Source: Girardia tigrina (lineage: Eukaryota). Taken from it: a stretch of 64,000 nt of DNA. The position numbers were made by a program, and so were the translations under genes. Within the stretch, counting starts at the first letter, position 1; each line of letters begins with the position of its first letter. Shown here one piece after another: positions 63,727 through 64,000 of this stretch. The stretch spans positions 3,053 through 67,052 of the forward strand of contig MQRK01178987.1 in NCBI GenBank assembly GCA_001938485.1, in the 5' to 3' direction. Under the pieces are notes generated by a model, which was not told where the DNA came from, ran no database searches, and was given only the letters and a program-made list of their open reading frames with translations.

Positions 63727-63886
63727 AATGAATATAAATTGCCATTATTTTTTAAATTCCTTAATATATATTTAAAATTAAAGAAAATTTATTTAGGAAT
63801 TGAATTTTTACAGGGCATGTCCATTAAAATAATTTTAAAGATCTAAATTTATATTTCAAATTAATAAACATTGTAAAAATTAATAA

Positions 63887-63922
<36 letters not shown>

Positions 63923-64000
63923 ATGGAATTTAGAAACCTGTTTTTGAAGGCCTTCTACTCAATCAATTTTCTTCAATCTTTGCACACTCACTCATTCTCG

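Noticed and set aside
1-64000. Assigning the organism, for example a dicyemid or other reduced parasite
   Set aside because: Short introns and AT richness are suggestive, but a NAP1/XPNPEP3 phylogeny would be needed.

Overview
AT-rich eukaryotic (probably invertebrate animal) genomic DNA with assembly gaps. The ORF track uses alternative start codons and ignores splicing, so most of its ORFs are spurious. Host genes: a complete 10-exon nucleosome assembly protein 1 (NAP1) gene on the minus strand (22004-17512, 383 aa, C-terminal CKQQ), with eight 47-72 nt introns and one 2.9-kb TE-filled intron; the last exon of an Xaa-Pro aminopeptidase 3-like gene; and a truncated BET-type bromodomain gene copy inside a repeat. 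Most of the rest is nested transposon debris (mariner, Tc1/IS630, maT, hAT, MULE, Chapaev3-like, MITEs, Gypsy, LINE, Penelope). Most notable: (i) two LTR retrotransposons whose primer-binding sites match nt 1-12 of tRNAs rather than the 3' CCA end (Troyka-like); (ii) five diverged copies of a covarying structured RNA at the 3' end of a LINE family; (iii) long LTR-like elements with a near-palindromic TATA box that carry their own spliced antisense mini-genes; (iv) a bromodomain cassette bounded by 7-bp direct repeats inside a Helentron/HINE-like element whose empty paralog is also in the window; (v) minimal hammerhead ribozymes in Penelope pseudo-LTRs. All calls come from manual reading; no searches were run.
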